Part shown: in pieces, positions 20,698 through 32,021 of the stretch
Layout of the letters: each line of letters starts with the position of its first letter
How positions within the stretch are numbered: the stretch's first letter is position 1
Source of the DNA: an uncultured delta proteobacterium
Lineage (GTDB): Bacteria > Desulfobacterota > Binatia > UBA9968
DNA: 64,000 nt
Direction: 5' to 3'
Assembly (NCBI GenBank): GCA_963804165.1
Contig: CAWDPO010000001.1
Coordinates: forward strand, 64,001 to 128,000
The notes under the pieces: model-generated
Databases searched by the model: none
Told to the model about the DNA's origin: nothing
Seen by the model: only the letters and a program-made list of their open reading frames with translations
Made by a program: the position numbers and the translations under genes

Positions 20698-20926
20698 CTT
20701 AAACTGCACTGCGGGCAAATTGATGGAGTTGAGCCGTCGCCGAAATCACTGCCCACCCAGTCGCACGTCAAACACGCCGGCTTGGGATCCACGCCCGGCC
20801 TGACCCTAAATCGCATCTTTGTCCACTTCTGTTCGTTTTTGTAATTCGCACGCATCCCAGCGCTGAATTCACACTCATTTCTAATTGAAAATATTGAGAA
20901 TTCATCAGGTCAGGAGCGCTTAAGTT

Positions 20927-20941
20927 TGGCATAATGGTTGC
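20927..20941 (+). promoter_or_regulatory. Sigma54 promoter
   Basis: TGGCAT-AATGG-TTGC, 230 bp downstream of the sigma54 activator gene. Confidence 0.75.
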
Positions 20942-20952
20942 CTGGTATTTTG

Positions 20953-21060
20953 TAGCATCGCAACCGAAACCGACGGCATCCTTAACCCTTTTAACCATCG
21001 TTATCACCTCCTCGATTGGTTATTCGCTCTGCCGTACGGTTCCGACACCGGCACAAGCTA
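20953..21060 (+). ncRNA. Candidate sigma54-dependent hairpin sRNA with anti-Shine-Dalgarno loop
   Basis: Outer stem AACCGACGGCA/TGCCGT(A)CGGTT, inner stem TAACCATCG/CGA(T)TGGTTA, loop TTATCACCTCCT; begins at the expected +1 of the sigma54 promoter. Confidence 0.45.
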
Positions 21061-21382
21061 ATGACTCATCGATCTCACCAAAAGCACTGCACGCAACTGT
21101 TTGCGCTGGATCTATTCACGCCGTTGACGCTTCTCGCGCGCGTTAATTTCCGGATCCCGCCAGCTAGTCGGAAAATCACTGACAAAGGCAACGGCATCGA
21201 TCACTGCCGTGTGCGGTTTGCACACGCCCATTCTATCGATCACGCGAAGCCTGCATTTGCACTTGAAGAATGTCATCGGGATGCCGATGCAGTTAACTGT
21301 ATAGCAAGCAAATATTTGGGGAATTTCGCGAATGCCCGACCATACTCCCAAGAGACTGGACAGCGAGAAAGAACAGGGCTCG

Positions 21383-24046
21383 ATGGCGCTGTTTAGCCGA
21401 TTGCGCTTCGGTCTCGCGGCGCAAATCGTGACCGTGGTCGTGCTGATGGTTGTACTGGTCGGCGGGCTGATCAGCACCGTGATGGTGCGCCAGAGCCAAA
21501 ACATGCTGCACGCGCAGATCATCGCCAACAATCTTGCTTCCGTCGACCTTGCCGCTGAATTGGCCCACCGCTACATCGAAGGCACACAGATAGCCATCCG
21601 GCTTTTTGCCCGGAGCCCGTTCATCGAACAATCGGTGTTCAGCGGCGATTTCAGCCGCGCAAGTCCGGAGCTCCAGGAATTTCTCCGACTCAACCCGCGG
21701 GTGAACAGTTGCGGCCTGATCGACAGCAATGGCAACTACCGCGCCACGGGCACGACTCGGGCAGTAAGCCTCGGTAACTCGGCACGACACCGGGAATGGT
21801 TTCAGCACGTGATAGCGACCGGGAACGCCTATCTCGGATTGCCGACGATTACGCGCAGCAACGCCCGGCCCGTGGTTCCCTACGTCGTTCCTATTCGCAC
21901 TTCAGAAGCAGAAACAAAGGGTATGCTCATTTGCGGCATCTCGCTTGCGGCGCTCAACGACGCGTTCACAAGGTTCCAAACCGGCCCTTCCTCCCGTGCT
22001 TCTCTCACCGATCGGCGTGGTAATGGCATTATCCTAGCTGACCGGGACCGCAATCGCATCCTGGCAACGCCCACGGGACGCAACCAAGCAGTAGATCGGA
22101 TGCTCAAGGGCGAGCGCGGTGCCATCGAGACGACCGACAGCGCTGGCGAGCTGAATCTTGCAGTCTACGCACCGGTACCGGACTTGCCTTGGGGAATCAT
22201 GATTCTGCAACCGAGCAAAGCTGCCTTCGCTCCCATCCACGAAGCCGCACGGCAGGGCGCGTTTTTCATAGCCCTGCTTCTGGTACCTTCAGCGGTGGTC
22301 AGCGGATTATTGGCGCGGCGCGTGACCCGCCCGCTGATACGGCTTCGCACGGCGGCCGGCCGCCTCGCCGCAGGCGATATCGCAACACGGCTGAACCTTA
22401 CCCGACACGACGAGGTCGGCGACCTCGGCCGCGCTTTCGATCAGATGGCGATGGCGCTCGCGGACCACTCGGCACAGTTGCGGGCTGCCAACGAGGACTT
22501 GCACGCGCAATATCTCCAGGTCCAGGACGCCAATCGCTTGAAAAGCGAATTTCTCGCCAATATGTCCCACGAATTGCGCACACCGCTGAACGCCATTATC
22601 GGTTTTGCCCAACTCCTGCACGACGGTAAAGTTGGAGCGGTCAGTGCCGACCAGCGGGAATATCTTAACGATGTCCTCACCAGCGCCGATCATCTGCTCC
22701 AACTCATTAACGACGTGCTCGATCTCGCGAAAGTAGAGTCGGGCAAATTGGAGTTCGATCCCGAGCCGGTCCATCTCACGAAATTGATCGCCGAGGTGCG
22801 TAACATCCTTCAGCCTCTGGCGGCGGCCAGGCGATTAACCATCGCCGCCGAGGTCGACGATGCCGTGGAGCAGGTAGTCATTGATCCAGCGAAACTGAAG
22901 CAGGTGCTGTACAACTATCTTTCCAACGCCATCAAGTTCACGCCCGAGGAGGGACGTATCTCAGTGCGAGCGCGCATGGAGGATCGTGCGCATTTTCGTC
23001 TGGAGGTCGAAGACAGCGGTATCGGCATCCTGCCCGATGAAATGGAAAAGCTTTTTGTCGCATTTCAACAACTCGATTCGAGCACGACGAAAAAGCACCA
23101 AGGCACCGGACTCGGACTCGCTCTCACCAAAAAGATCGTCGAAGCTCAAGGCGGCCGCGTCGGTGTTCAGAGTCATCGAGGGCGAGGGAGCATCTTCTAC
23201 GTGATTTTGCCCCTAGCCGCAGATATGAAAAAATCGCCCGCGCCGGTCCATTCTGCGCCCGAGCCAGACGCGCCCACCATCCTTGTCATTGAAGACAACG
23301 AAGCGGATCTCAACTGGTTGAACCAGACTTTGACCCAAGCGGATTATCGCGTTGAGACAGCAAAGACCGGCGCCGAAGCGATAATGAAATCACAGGCACG
23401 CCTGTACGCGGCGGTTTTGCTCGATCTCATTCTGCCCGACACCGGCGGCTGGGAGATTTTGCACGCGATTCGTAGCGCCGGTCCCAACGCGAACACACCG
23501 GTAGTCGTCGTTACCGTCGTCGCCGAAAAAGGCGTGGCTCGGGGTTTTCCGGTTCAAGACTACCTGGTGAAACCGATCCAGCCCAATGCGCTCCTGCACG
23601 CGTTAAAAAACGCCGGCGTACACCCCAGGGACAACGCAAAAAAAGTCATGGTCCTGGATGACGACGCAAAAACCCTGAAACTCGCCCAGGTCGGTCTTCA
23701 AGCCGACGGCTATGAGGTTGTATGCCATCGCAGCGGCGCCAGCGCGCTTCATGATGCAGCGCAGTCAGAATTTGCCGCAGTTGTCCTGGATTTGTTGATG
23801 CCACAGATGGACGGTTTCGAATTTCTCGATCGCTTTCGCCAAATCGACAAGTGTCGAAACACGCCGGTGATTGTCTGGACGAACAAAGATATCACCAGCG
23901 CCGATTTCGAACGGCTTAAAACTTCGGCCCAGACCATCGCACTGAAGAACCGTGATGGCATCGGTACCGTGCTTAAAGCGTTGCAGCACCAAACGCCAGC
24001 GGGCGGAACCGCACCGACGATAGAAAAAACTGGAAACGCCCGTTAA
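21383..24046 (+). CDS. Membrane hybrid histidine kinase (dCache-HAMP-HisKA-HATPase-REC-REC)
   Basis: Two TM helices; HAMP DEVGDL; FLANMSHELRTPLN, NAIKFT, DSGIGI and GTGLGL; two REC domains; alternative start at 21332. Confidence 0.93.
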   Translation: MALFSRLRFGLAAQIVTVVVLMVVLVGGLISTVMVRQSQNMLHAQIIANNLASVDLAAELAHRYIEGTQIAIRLFARSPFIEQSVFSGDFSRASPELQEFLRLNPRVNSCGLIDSNGNYRATGTTRAVSLGNSARHREWFQHVIATGNAYLGLPTITRSNARPVVPYVVPIRTSEAETKGMLICGISLAALNDAFTRFQTGPSSRASLTDRRGNGIILADRDRNRILATPTGRNQAVDRMLKGERGAIETTDSAGELNLAVYAPVPDLPWGIMILQPSKAAFAPIHEAARQGAFFIALLLVPSAVVSGLLARRVTRPLIRLRTAAGRLAAGDIATRLNLTRHDEVGDLGRAFDQMAMALADHSAQLRAANEDLHAQYLQVQDANRLKSEFLANMSHELRTPLNAIIGFAQLLHDGKVGAVSADQREYLNDVLTSADHLLQLINDVLDLAKVESGKLEFDPEPVHLTKLIAEVRNILQPLAAARRLTIAAEVDDAVEQVVIDPAKLKQVLYNYLSNAIKFTPEEGRISVRARMEDRAHFRLEVEDSGIGILPDEMEKLFVAFQQLDSSTTKKHQGTGLGLALTKKIVEAQGGRVGVQSHRGRGSIFYVILPLAADMKKSPAPVHSAPEPDAPTILVIEDNEADLNWLNQTLTQADYRVETAKTGAEAIMKSQARLYAAVLLDLILPDTGGWEILHAIRSAGPNANTPVVVVTVVAEKGVARGFPVQDYLVKPIQPNALLHALKNAGVHPRDNAKKVMVLDDDAKTLKLAQVGLQADGYEVVCHRSGASALHDAAQSEFAAVVLDLLMPQMDGFEFLDRFRQIDKCRNTPVIVWTNKDITSADFERLKTSAQTIALKNRDGIGTVLKALQHQTPAGGTAPTIEKTGNAR

Positions 24047-24065
24047 CGCGGGAGGATTTGAACCG

Positions 24066-26426
24066 ATGCCGAAAAAATCTCCGCCACGGCGACCAAAGAA
24101 ACGCACACAGGGACGCAATCCACCTCCAAAGATAGGACGCGGGCTGCGCACGATGCTCCTCGAAGCTTCACCGGACGCGCTGATCGCACTGAATCTCGAC
24201 GGTACCATTCTTTATTGGAGCGCCGGGGCCGAGGGCGTGTATGGCTACACCAAAGAAGAGGCGATCGGCATGCGCCTGGATGATTTAATCGTGCCGCCGG
24301 AGCTCACCGGCGACAGTGAGCAGATCACTCGGGAGACCATCGACAGTGGCGCCGCGGTGCATGAAACATTACGTCACAAAAAAGACGGCTCGACCATTTA
24401 CGTTAATGTTACCGCCAAAGCCGTGCGCGCTCAGAACGGCGACGTCGAGTTCGTCGCCGAGAATCACAAGGATGTGACCCCGCTCAAAGTCTCAAATCAC
24501 GGAAAAATGCTCGAGGCGAGATACAGCGGCCTTCTCGAATCGGTGCCCGACGCCATCGTCATGGTGAACAAGACCGGACGAATCGTTCTCGTAAACGGAC
24601 AAGCCGAAGAATTGTTCGGTTACAGCCGCGACGAACTGCTGGGAAAGCCCGTGGAAGAGTTGTTACCCAAACGTTACCGCGACGGTCACGTGGCGCACCG
24701 GACCCGTTATTTTTCCGAGCTCAAGACCCGCTCCATGGGCGCCGGTTTAGAGCTATTCGCCAACCGCAAAGACGGCGCGGAAATTCCCGTCGAAATCAGC
24801 CTGAGCCCGCTCCGAACCGCAGAAGGCGTGTTCGCCATGACCGCCATCCGCGACATCACGGATCGAAAAAAGCTCCAGGAAGAACTGCGCAAGACTAACG
24901 AAGAGCTGCAACAGCAAAACCTGTCGGCGCAACAAGCCAATCGCCTCAAGAGCGAGTTTCTCGCCAATATGTCGCATGAGCTGCGCACGCCGCTCAACGG
25001 CATCATCGGTTTCGCCGAGATCATGCATGATGAAAAAGTCGGCCCGATCTCGCCGGATCACAAAGAGTATCTGCACGACATTCTGACTAGCGCGCGCCAT
25101 CTGTTGCAGCTGATTAACGATGTCCTCGATCTCTCCAAAGTGGAATCCGGAAAGTTCGAATTCATGCCGGAAAATATCGATCCGGTGATCCTCGTCGGCG
25201 AGGTACGGGATATCGTGCGCACGCTGGCGGCCAAGAAGCGGATCAAGCTCCAAACCGAGATCCATCCCTCGCTCTCGAGCATCGAAGGCGACGCACGCAG
25301 TCTGAAGCAGATCCTTTACAATTACATCTCGAACGCTCTCAAGTTCACCCCGGAAGAAGGCGAAGTCAAAGTGAGCATCATGCCGCAAGACGCCGGCGAC
25401 TTCCGCATCGAAGTGGCCGACACCGGCATCGGCATCCGGCCGGAAGATTTGAATCGGCTCTTCGTGGAATTCCAGCAGCTCGACACCAGCAGCACTGAGC
25501 AATACGCCGGGACGGGTCTGGGGCTCGCGTTGACGAAAAGGATAGTCGAAGCACAAGGCGGCCATGTTGGCGTCAAGAGCACGCCGGGCAAAGGCAGCAT
25601 CTTTTACGCTACGTTGCCGCGAGCCAAGGGTGTAGCGGCAACGATTGTCCACGAGACGCAGGCGGTCGCGATGCCCGGCGCGCCGCTGATTCTCGTTGTC
25701 GAAGATGATGCCAGCGACCGCGCTTCCATCGCCACGGCATTGCGCGGCGCCGGTTACGCGGTCGAGGCCGTCGCCACCGGAGCCGAGGCTCTGGTGCGCT
25801 CCCGGGAGCAGCGCTTCAACGCCATCACTCTCGATATCATACTGCCGGACATGAGCGGGCGCGCCGTACTGGAGAAGCTGCGCGAGCGCGGCCTCAACCA
25901 GCAGACGCCGGTGATCATTGTGACCTTGCTGGCGCACAAGGGAGTCGTCGCCGGTTTCCAAGTCACCGATATCCTGTCAAAGCCGGTCGCCCAGAGTGAA
26001 CTCATAAAAGCCCTCGAGCGCTGCAGCGTCGCCCCCGGCAAGGTTCGGCCCATTCTTGTCGTGGATGATGACGAAACCTCTTTGCGGCTTGCCGATGAAA
26101 TGCTGCGCCAGCTCGGCTACCGGACGGTTTGCCACCAAGATGCTAAGAGGGCACTGCGGGCTGCATCCAAGGAACACCCGGCTGCGGTCGTCCTCGACCT
26201 CGTCATGCCGGAAATGACCGGCTTCGAGTTTCTCACGCGCTTTCGCAAAACCATCCGAGGCCGGCGTACTCCCGTGATTGTTTGGACCGGCAAGGACTTG
26301 ACCGACATGGAGCGCGCCGAGTTGCGCTCCGCGGCGAGTATCATCACCAGGAAAACGGAACAAGCCGAGGAACTGGTGCACGAAATCCAGAGCATTCTGA
26401 GGGCGCCGGAGAGGTTCGCACACTAA
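24066..26426 (+). CDS. Cytoplasmic hybrid histidine kinase (PAS-PAS-HisKA-HATPase-REC-REC)
   Basis: Two PAS domains (PDA..., RKDG, RDITDRK), SHELRTPL, HATPase boxes and two REC domains. Confidence 0.93.
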   Translation: MPKKSPPRRPKKRTQGRNPPPKIGRGLRTMLLEASPDALIALNLDGTILYWSAGAEGVYGYTKEEAIGMRLDDLIVPPELTGDSEQITRETIDSGAAVHETLRHKKDGSTIYVNVTAKAVRAQNGDVEFVAENHKDVTPLKVSNHGKMLEARYSGLLESVPDAIVMVNKTGRIVLVNGQAEELFGYSRDELLGKPVEELLPKRYRDGHVAHRTRYFSELKTRSMGAGLELFANRKDGAEIPVEISLSPLRTAEGVFAMTAIRDITDRKKLQEELRKTNEELQQQNLSAQQANRLKSEFLANMSHELRTPLNGIIGFAEIMHDEKVGPISPDHKEYLHDILTSARHLLQLINDVLDLSKVESGKFEFMPENIDPVILVGEVRDIVRTLAAKKRIKLQTEIHPSLSSIEGDARSLKQILYNYISNALKFTPEEGEVKVSIMPQDAGDFRIEVADTGIGIRPEDLNRLFVEFQQLDTSSTEQYAGTGLGLALTKRIVEAQGGHVGVKSTPGKGSIFYATLPRAKGVAATIVHETQAVAMPGAPLILVVEDDASDRASIATALRGAGYAVEAVATGAEALVRSREQRFNAITLDIILPDMSGRAVLEKLRERGLNQQTPVIIVTLLAHKGVVAGFQVTDILSKPVAQSELIKALERCSVAPGKVRPILVVDDDETSLRLADEMLRQLGYRTVCHQDAKRALRAASKEHPAAVVLDLVMPEMTGFEFLTRFRKTIRGRRTPVIVWTGKDLTDMERAELRSAASIITRKTEQAEELVHEIQSILRAPERFAH

Positions 26427-26477
26427 TGCAAAAATACGTGAGCGTGCGCCGAGACGCGGCAATTTTGGAGGTTTAGC

Positions 26478-26873
26478 ATGGAGCAAGACACGATCTTGGT
26501 CGTTGACGATAATCCTTTGAACATGAAACTTGTCCGGGTCCTGCTCGCCGGAGAGGGTTATCACGTGCGAACCGCCGCTGACGCCGGAGAAGCTCTGACG
26601 GTTCTGAACGAATGTCATCCGCGCTTGATTCTAATGGACATCCAGTTGCCGGGGATCGATGGCCTCGAACTAACCCGGCGATTGAAAGCCGACCCATCGA
26701 CCCGTGACATCACGATCGTCGGGCTCACGGCGTACGCGATGAAAGGCGACGAGGAACGGATTCGCGCCGCCGGCTGCGACGGTTACATTCCCAAGCCGAT
26801 CGACACGAGAACGTTACCAGGCTTCATCAAGGCATACTTAAAGGACGACGCGCCAAAGACCGGCGCCACCTAG
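26478..26873 (+). CDS. Single-domain response regulator, DivK-like
   Basis: VVDDNPLNMKL, LILMDIQLPG and TAYAMKGDEERIR..GCDGYI.KP closely match the DivK pattern. Confidence 0.9.
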   Translation: MEQDTILVVDDNPLNMKLVRVLLAGEGYHVRTAADAGEALTVLNECHPRLILMDIQLPGIDGLELTRRLKADPSTRDITIVGLTAYAMKGDEERIRAAGCDGYIPKPIDTRTLPGFIKAYLKDDAPKTGAT

Positions 26874-27045
26874 AGCGCCACCGAGCTACCATCGAGGGCC
26901 GCGCAAATGCAGCCGCTGAAGAACGAGACTTCGATTATGGAAGAAAGCTTCGGTCGCAAAAATCGGCGGCCGGCGTGTTCGGACCGGCAGCAGCCGGCCA
27001 ACGGTGAAACTCGGATGCTTGAGGGTGGAGCGCTGAGGCTTTGAC

Positions 27046-30000
27046 ATGAAAATCCTGGTCGCCGACGACGACGCCGTGAATCGAAAGTATCTGCGCGCTT
27101 TACTGACGCTTGAGCGCCATACGGTGGTCGAATGCGAGGACGGCTTGGATTCCCTCTCCTACCTCGAACAAAACCCATGATCTCCGATGTCCTAATGCCG
27201 CGGATGGACGGCTATCGGCTATGTTACGAAATCCGCAAAAATGAAAAACTCAGAGCCACGCCCATCATCCTCTACACCGCGAGCTATTTATCCGACGCGG
27301 ATGAAAAGGCGGCCCTGGCCATGGGCGCCGATCGATTCATTTCGGAAGCCGGTTCCCGAGCTCATCGTCAAGACCCTCCACGAGGTCATCGCAGCCCGCC
27401 CCGCGCTCAACGACGCGCCGCTGCAGGAGCCAAAGGATTCCTCCGCCCTACGCGAGTACAGCGAAGCGTTGGTGCGCAAGCTCGAAGAGACCAACGCGCA
27501 GCTTGCGGCGGCTAACGAGTCGCTGCGCGAGAGTGAAGAGCGCCTGCGCCTAGCGGCTTCGGCCGGCAATGTCGGCATCTGGGAATGGGACCCCGCCACA
27601 GACCGTCTCGTCTGGAGCGACCAGCAAAAAATCGTTTTTGGTTGGCAGCCCGACAGCCAAGGTCTAACGCTTCAAACATTCTTAAACGCAATTCACGGAG
27701 AAGATCGCAAATCCGTCGAGGAATCCCTTCATGCCGCGGTGGCAGAGCGCACCGATTATGAAGCGGAGTACCGCGTGATCTGGCTCGACGGCAGCGTGCA
27801 TTGGATCGCCGACAAGGGGCGCGGCGACTATGATGCAGCCGGCCGGTGTCTGCGCATGAGGGGGATCGCGCTCGACATCAGCCGTCGCAAGGAAACGGAC
27901 GAGGCATTACGGAAGAGCGAGGCGCGATTTCGCGAGATGGCGGACAGCGCGCCGGTGATGATTTGGATCACGCGATCCGACGGTTTTTGTATTTATCTCA
28001 ATAAGCAATGGCAAGACTTTACCGGTCAGTCTGACGCCACCGGTCTGGGCTTCGGCTGGTTGGATGCCGTCTATCCGGAGGATCGCGAGCGCACCCACAC
28101 AGAGTTCCGCACGGCGATGGAGCGCCGTGAGGAATTACGCATGGAATCCTGCGCCGGCACGACGGCGCGTATCGCTGGGTGATCGACTCGGCACTGCCCC
28201 GAATAGGTCAAACGGGAGAATTTTTCGGCTTTATCGGTTCAGTCATCGATATTACCGATCGTAAACTGGCCGAAGAGGAGCGCCAAAGCGTTCTCGAGCG
28301 GATTCGCTTCCTCCATGAAATCGGTTTGTCTATCAACTCGAGCTTGGACCTGCAAACAATTCTCGATACGCTCTTGGAAAAATCGATCTGTTCATCCCCT
28401 ACCCCTCGGCGACGGCCGTAAGATTGTTAAACAAAAATAGCGGCCGATTGGAGGCGCTCGCCTGCCACAACCTTGATGCGGTTGAATGGAAAAATTATTT
28501 CGACGTCGCGCCGGTGGGGCGTGCTAAAGACGTGCTGGAGAGCAAGACGCCGGTGATCGTGCGCAACGTGCTGACGGATCCCGAAACGGCAAATCCCGCC
28601 ATTTATCGGCGGCTGGGCGTGGTTTCCTTGATCGGCGTTCCCTTGATCATCGAAGGCGAAGCTTTGGGTATTCTCAACTTTTTCACCAAGGAAGAGCGCG
28701 AGTTTACTTTCGAGGAAATTGAATTTCTTATGACCCTAGCCGGGCAAGCGGCGGTCGCAATCCACAACGCCCGGCTCTACGATGAGAACGAGCGGCGGCG
28801 GGATGAAGCGGAAGAGCTCGCCAGCATCGCTCGATCGCTCACGGAAACTCTCGACCTGAAAGCGATCGGAGAGCGTGTCGTGTCCAGCGTGGTGAAGCTC
28901 TTCGGCGTCAAAGGCGCGACCGTGCGGTTGCGCGAATCCGACGGCTCGCTGCGTAGTTTCGCCGCAACGGGCGAAGTGTTTTCGCAAACTCCAGCGGGCG
29001 CGGTGGTGCCCGCCGGCGCGGGGCTGGCGAGCCGCGCCTTTACCGAGGAAAAACCGGTCTGGTCCACTGACATGCTGAACGATCCCAGCATTCGTCTCAG
29101 CGATCGGATGCGCGACTACCTCTCCCAGTCGGGTGATGGCTCGATGATCGCCGTGCCGCTGCGCGCTCACGACAATCTTATCGGCGTTCTCTCCCTCGGC
29201 GATCGCACTGGGCGAAACTATCTCGAGAGCGAGGTCGCGCTCTTGCAAACTTTCGCCGATCAAGTCGCTCTAGCGCTCCAGAACGCCCGGCTCTACGAAC
29301 AAAGCCAGAGTCATCTCAAGCGCATCGAAGCACTGCGCGAGATCGATCGAGCGATCACCTCGACGTTGGACCTGCACTCCGTTCTCCATCTTCTGCTCGA
29401 GAAAATCGACGTCTTTCTACCCTATCCCGCGGCAACGACGATCCGACTATTCAACGGCGCCACGAGAAAGTTCGACAACACCGCGTGTCGGAACATCGAT
29501 GAACGCGAGTGGAGAGCGCGGATCGGTCAGGGCTCCGGCAATCTCTCGGAGCAGGTTCTGAAAACGAAGCGCCCTGTCATTGTCCCCAATATTCAAGAAG
29601 ACGCGCAAAGATCCGCTTCGCTCTTTTATCGCCAGTATGGCTTTGTCAGCTACCTCGGCGTGCCGCTGCTGGCCAAAGACGAGGTTCTCGGCATCCTCGG
29701 CTTTTACACCAAAATAGCTCATGAATTTACCCGGCTGGAGACCGACTTTCTGTTGACATTGGCGGGCCAAGCCGCCATCGCCATCAACAACGCCCAGCTT
29801 TACGAAGAGATCGATCGATCCAAGAAGGAACTGGAAATCACCAACCGGTCGTTGGAAACATCGCTAAAAAAGCTTGACAGTCTGTATACCGCCTTGTCGC
29901 CCATCACGACGACTGTATCGACGCAAGAGCTAATGAGTGGCATCATCAACCGGATCATCGAGGCTACCGGAGCCGACGCCGCGCTCATCCGAATAAGAGA

Positions 30001-31762
30001 TCACAATGATGATAGCTTGCCCATCGTCGGCCACTACGGTTTTTCTCATGAATATCTCACGCGGGTTGCAATAGCGCCCATCGCTGGCGCGGCGGCGTGG
30101 GTTATCGAACATGGGGAGCCGATTATTGCCCCGGATATCGCCGCGGAAGCACGGCTTACGGGCAAAGTTCAGCTACAGCTCGGCTTGCGCTCCTGTGCCA
30201 TGCTGCCGGTCAACGTCCACGGCGAGGTGCAGGGCATTTTGCATGTCGCCAGCCGCGTTCTAGGGCATTTCGACGAGGAGCAGAGAAACCACTTAGTGGC
30301 GATCACCCGACAGATAAGCATCGCCATGGAAAACCGCGAGCTTTTTGACAGGGTTAAAGCTTCGCGCGATGAGTTGGAACGGGCAAATGCGGCACTCAGA
30401 GAAAGCAATCGCATGCTGTCGGCGCTTCACGCGGTGGCGGCTGCGTCGAGTCAAACTTGGAATCTCGACCTGGTTCTAAATTCCGCGATTCAAAAGATCA
30501 CCGACATCTTTCATTTCGACGCAACGCAAATTCATGTTTGTGACAAACAACTCGATGAGCTCCGTCTCCTGGCTTCATTTGAAAACGATCCGGCGCGATT
30601 CTCGACAGCCCGGTCTTTCAAAATGGGGCAAGGTATCATTGGCAAAGTGGCGCAGTCCGGCGAAAAAATCATTTTTGCCGACGTCCAAACCGATCCACGA
30701 TACCAGGAGCTCAGCCGCACCAAGACCTCGGGACGACATGGCTATCATTTCTTTGCGACCTTCCCAATGAAAAGCAAGACGCGAAACTTGGGGACAATCG
30801 CCTGTATCGGCGCCGACCGCCGGGAGCTCGCCGCGAGCGAAGTTCAACTCCTGGAGGCGATCTCGGATCAACTTGCGGTGGCGATCGAAAACAGCGAGCT
30901 CTATGAAGACGTCCGACTCAAAGTCGAGGAGCTCCAGCGCAAGACCACTGAGCTGGAACAGGCAAACAAAGTGAAAGACGATTTTCTCGGCGTGGTTTCC
31001 CACGAGCTACGCACCCCGATCAATGTCATCATGGGTTATACGTCGCTCTTCAAAGACGGATTTTTCGGCGAGGTCAAACCGGGGCAGGACGAGGCTCTAG
31101 CCAAGATTGCCCGTGAATCCAAGGACCTGCTGGCGATGATCAATAGCGTCTTGCATGGGACCGCGCTTGAAGCTGAATGGGCGCCGCTCGAAACCATGGA
31201 GTTCAGCGTCGAAAGTCTCTTGGCGGAATTACGCGCGAACTATGCCGTAACCGTGCCGCGGCAATTGAGCCTTTATTGGAATTATCCGACCGACTCGCCG
31301 CAGCTCAAAACTGACCGCAGAATGCTCACACAAATTCTCGACAACTTGCTCGGCAACGCGGTGAAATTTACCGAAGAGGGCACGGTGACGATCACGGCGC
31401 GAGTCGGGGACGGTAAGGAGCGAAGCTGCGAGGGCACGGGAAAGGTTTCCGAGTTCGCGCCGCCCTGTCCCCAGAGGTCGTTGCTTGAATTTGAAATAGC
31501 CGACACCGGCGTGGGGATACCGAACGATCGGTTAGGCAAGATCTTCGATAAATTTTACCAGGTCGACAGCTCGGAGACGCGACGTTTCGGCGGCGTCGGC
31601 ATCGGTCTATACATCGCGAAGAAATTCGCCGAGCTGCTCGGTGGAAGAATCAGCGTTGAGAGCCGCGAAGGCAGCGGCTCGAAATTCACACTGACCCTAC
31701 CGTGCGAATCCGCTGCGGCAAACTCTTTCGAAGCGGCACCGCATCCGCCGCCGGCTCCCTAG
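27046..31762 (+). CDS. Giant sensor histidine kinase (REC-PAS-PAS-GAFx5-HisKA-HATPase), about 4 frameshifts
   Basis: MKILVADDDAVNR at 27046; ISDVLMP, PAS and GAF segments in consecutive ORFs 27132, 27241, 28179 and 28424; SHELRTPIN, NAVKFT and GVGIGL. Confidence 0.85.
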
Positions 31763-32021
31763 GCGAATTCGCTCCTCACTCACCGCCCATCGTGCCGACG
31801 ACAGAGAATCCGACTAGCGATCGAAAACGCCGCGCGAACTTGACAACTTTGACAACACTTCCCATAATTCGGGCCTCCCGATGGCCAGAACGGACATGAT
31901 CCCCCCTAGTGCCCTAAAAATCGTGTATGCAAAACGATCTTGCAGGGTTTTTCACCGCGTTGCTCGCGCAAGCGTCCGGCGGCAGCGGCGCCAAATAGTC
32001 GCGGGTTTAGAATCACCACAG

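Noticed and set aside
24753-25961. Long antisense ORFs (this 402 aa one, 63..1043, 18154..19026 and others)
   Set aside because: They are shadows of well-supported genes on the opposite strand in GC-rich DNA
31881-32021. N-terminal extension of the last kinase
   Set aside because: MKLRSFL plus a TM helix at 32022 is the typical start; the extension looks non-coding
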